A stretch of 7,269 bases of DNA from Prasinococcaceae sp. CCMP 1430 (taxonomy: Eukaryota; Plantae; Prasinodermophyta): positions 1 to 7,269 of the forward strand of contig RQSC01000362.1 in the NCBI GenBank assembly GCA_013416795.1, in the 5' to 3' direction. Below are positions 5,726 to 7,269 of this stretch, piece by piece (positions within the stretch are counted from its first letter, which is position 1; each line of letters starts with the position of its first letter). A program made the translations under genes and the position numbers. The notes under the pieces are model-generated. The model saw only the letters and a program-made list of their open reading frames with translations, was not told where the DNA came from and did no database searches.

Positions 5726-6514
5726 ATGGATGTCAACTTGAGGAAGTTCGACCCGTCGCGCATTAAAGATGACAGCGTGGTGTGCATCGTATCCAAACGC
5801 GGTTCTGGCAAGACCACGCTGGCCACGGATCTCATGTACCATAAGCGCCACATCCCTTCCGGTATCGTGTTGTCTGGCACGGAGGGGTCTAACAAGCATT
5901 GGGGTAAGTATATACCATCGCTGTTTATCTACAACCAGTTTAATCGCGGGGCTCTCAAGGCGCTCATCAAGAACCAAAAGGCTAAGGCCAAGAGAGGCGA
6001 CGAGTCTCACGCGTTCGTCGTGATGGACGATTGCGTGTACGATGCCACCGTGATGCGCGACCCGTGCATCCAGGAAATAGCTCTCAATGGGCGGCACATG
6101 CACATCTTCTTTTTGTTCATCACGCAGTACACTATGAACGTGTGGCCTGTCATCCGCAGCAACATCGATTACGTGTTCGCGCTGAAGGAGAACATCATCA
6201 TGAACAGGGAGAAACTGTACAAGAACTTCTTCGGCATCGTGCCGACCTTCGAGGCGTTCTGCCACATATTAAACGAGTGCACGCAGAACTACGAATGCCT
6301 GGTGATCGACCACACCAGCGGGTCGAATAAGCTAGAGGACGTTATCTTCTGGTACAAGGGCGAGACGAGGCCGCCGTTCAGGGTCGGCTCTTCTAATTAC
6401 TGGAAATATGCAAGCCTCCATCATGATCCTAAGAAAGACGATTCGGACAGCGACACAGAGACGGACAACAGGCGCATATCAACGCGCGTGGTCAAACACC
6501 CAGCGTGCGATTAA
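5726..6514 (+). CDS. A32: A32-like virion DNA packaging ATPase (FtsK-HerA superfamily)
   Basis: N-terminus 'MDVNLRKFDPSRIKDDSVVCIV', Walker A 'SKRGSGKT', 'SGTE', Walker B 'FVVMDD', family motifs 'NGRH' and 'ITQY', and 'RSNIDYVF..EN..NREKLYKNFFG', 'CTQNYECLV', 'FWYK'. Confidence 0.97.
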   Translation: MDVNLRKFDPSRIKDDSVVCIVSKRGSGKTTLATDLMYHKRHIPSGIVLSGTEGSNKHWGKYIPSLFIYNQFNRGALKALIKNQKAKAKRGDESHAFVVMDDCVYDATVMRDPCIQEIALNGRHMHIFFLFITQYTMNVWPVIRSNIDYVFALKENIIMNREKLYKNFFGIVPTFEAFCHILNECTQNYECLVIDHTSGSNKLEDVIFWYKGETRPPFRVGSSNYWKYASLHHDPKKDDSDSDTETDNRRISTRVVKHPACD

Positions 6515-6769
6515 ATAATACCAAAATGCAGCCGCCGCAAAGGCACGTTGGCTGACTTATTACGCTACCATTTAATTAAAATCCTTTGCCATGAAAATCA
6601 CAATGAGTACTGGCCTGCATGCCCCTTGGCATAACACAAACAGCAAAGTGCGCTGACACTGTAGGAAATCTAGCTATCGCTGGCGTAAACTGGCCACGAT
6701 AAACGAAAGAGAGAGTTCAAAACGGCCATTGCTCATTCAGGCAAGGCACTTCCATGGCCTTTAGCTACA

Positions 6770-7269
6770 CTACTTAAATGGCAGCTCCATCTTAATGCGC
6801 TTGGGAGCCCCCTGCGAGACCGGCTCGTGGTCGCCGTCGGTGGCGGCGGCACCGGTCACAACACCAACACACAGCGCAGACGCAGATGTGTAGTGGTCTA
6901 CAGCGGCGGCGACAGCGGAGGCGACCATGGCGCGCAGGGAAGTATGTTGTGCGCCATCCGGTACAGTGGAAGCAGCAGCGGAGGCGACAAGTGGGGCAGA
7001 GGGCACCACGGACTCGGGTACAAGCACGTACCCTGGAGGCAGACCGAGCGCCACCAGCTCTGTCGACGCGCGCTGCTGCTGCTGCTGCTGTGGGAGTGCC
7101 TGCGGCATCTGGAGGCGCTGTGCAATTGTCCGCGTCACTGCCTTATGCTCCTGCAGTCGCTTTGTGTAGGCCTCCTGCTGCCGCTCGTATACCTCACGCT
7201 GCTTTGCGTAGTCCTGCTGCTGCTCCTTCGTGTTGTTAGCCTGCACGAGAGCGGCCTCCGCCGTAAGCC
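6770..7269 (-). CDS. Partial (5'-truncated) coiled-coil / polyQ / Ala-rich protein or terminal exon, eukaryote-like
   Basis: The frame is open from the window edge (LTAEAALVQANNTKEQQQDYAKQREVYERQQEAY...) to the TAG at 6770-6772. The track's start at 7246 is an internal GTG. Q/E/K/R-rich helical segment, Q6 run, C-terminal 'PKRIKMELPFK'. Confidence 0.6.
   Translation of the reverse strand, partial: LTAEAALVQANNTKEQQQDYAKQREVYERQQEAYTKRLQEHKAVTRTIAQRLQMPQALPQQQQQQRASTELVALGLPPGYVLVPESVVPSAPLVASAAASTVPDGAQHTSLRAMVASAVAAAVDHYTSASALCVGVVTGAAATDGDHEPVSQGAPKRIKMELPFK
7073..7090 (-). repeat. (CAG)6 microsatellite encoding polyQ
   Basis: ctg x6 on the + strand; QQQQQQ in the minus-strand ORF. Confidence 0.9.

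Larger units (their letters stand above)
1..6514. other. Giant-virus (Nucleocytoviricota, phycodnavirus-like) genome segment around the A32 packaging ATPase
   Basis: Contains the NCLDV hallmark A32 ATPase plus DUF5764-like, two-TM and TRSGR-acidic proteins of the kinds I recognise from algal giant viruses. Uninterrupted ORFs are separated by short (17-83 nt), mostly AT-rich spacers, and 7 consecutive genes are on the + strand. Confidence 0.9.

Noticed and set aside
6515-6769. Structured RNA, tRNA, terminal inverted repeat or TGTAA poly(A) signal in the long spacer
   Set aside because: No cloverleaf, no long stem, no repeat and no TTACA on the + strand was found by eye.
1-7269. CRISPR array, rRNA, transposase or integrase
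   Set aside because: No regularly spaced direct repeats, rRNA-like segments or recombinase motifs were seen.

Overview
Positions 1-6514 are a gene-dense, GC-rich, apparently intron-less block from a nucleocytoplasmic large DNA virus (Nucleocytoviricota, phycodnavirus/Algavirales-like, or an endogenised copy of one). The anchors are an A32-like virion packaging ATPase (5726-6514), a DUF5764-like conserved NCLDV protein (4230-4988), a C-terminal two-helix membrane protein (3707-4171), and a 'TRSGR..K.PE.Y' basic-then-acidic protein on the minus strand (<1-377, missing from the ORF track). Four accessory or unknown genes sit among them: a 512-aa ORFan with an Arg-rich tail, a CxxC..HxxC zinc-finger protein, a complete Rieske non-heme iron oxygenase with no transit peptide, and a JAB/MPN+-like metalloprotein with a Cys-containing insertion. 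After a much longer spacer (6515-6769) comes a convergent, 5'-truncated polyQ/Ala-rich ORF that looks eukaryotic and may mark a virus-host junction. Family assignments come from motif recognition only; no database searches were run.
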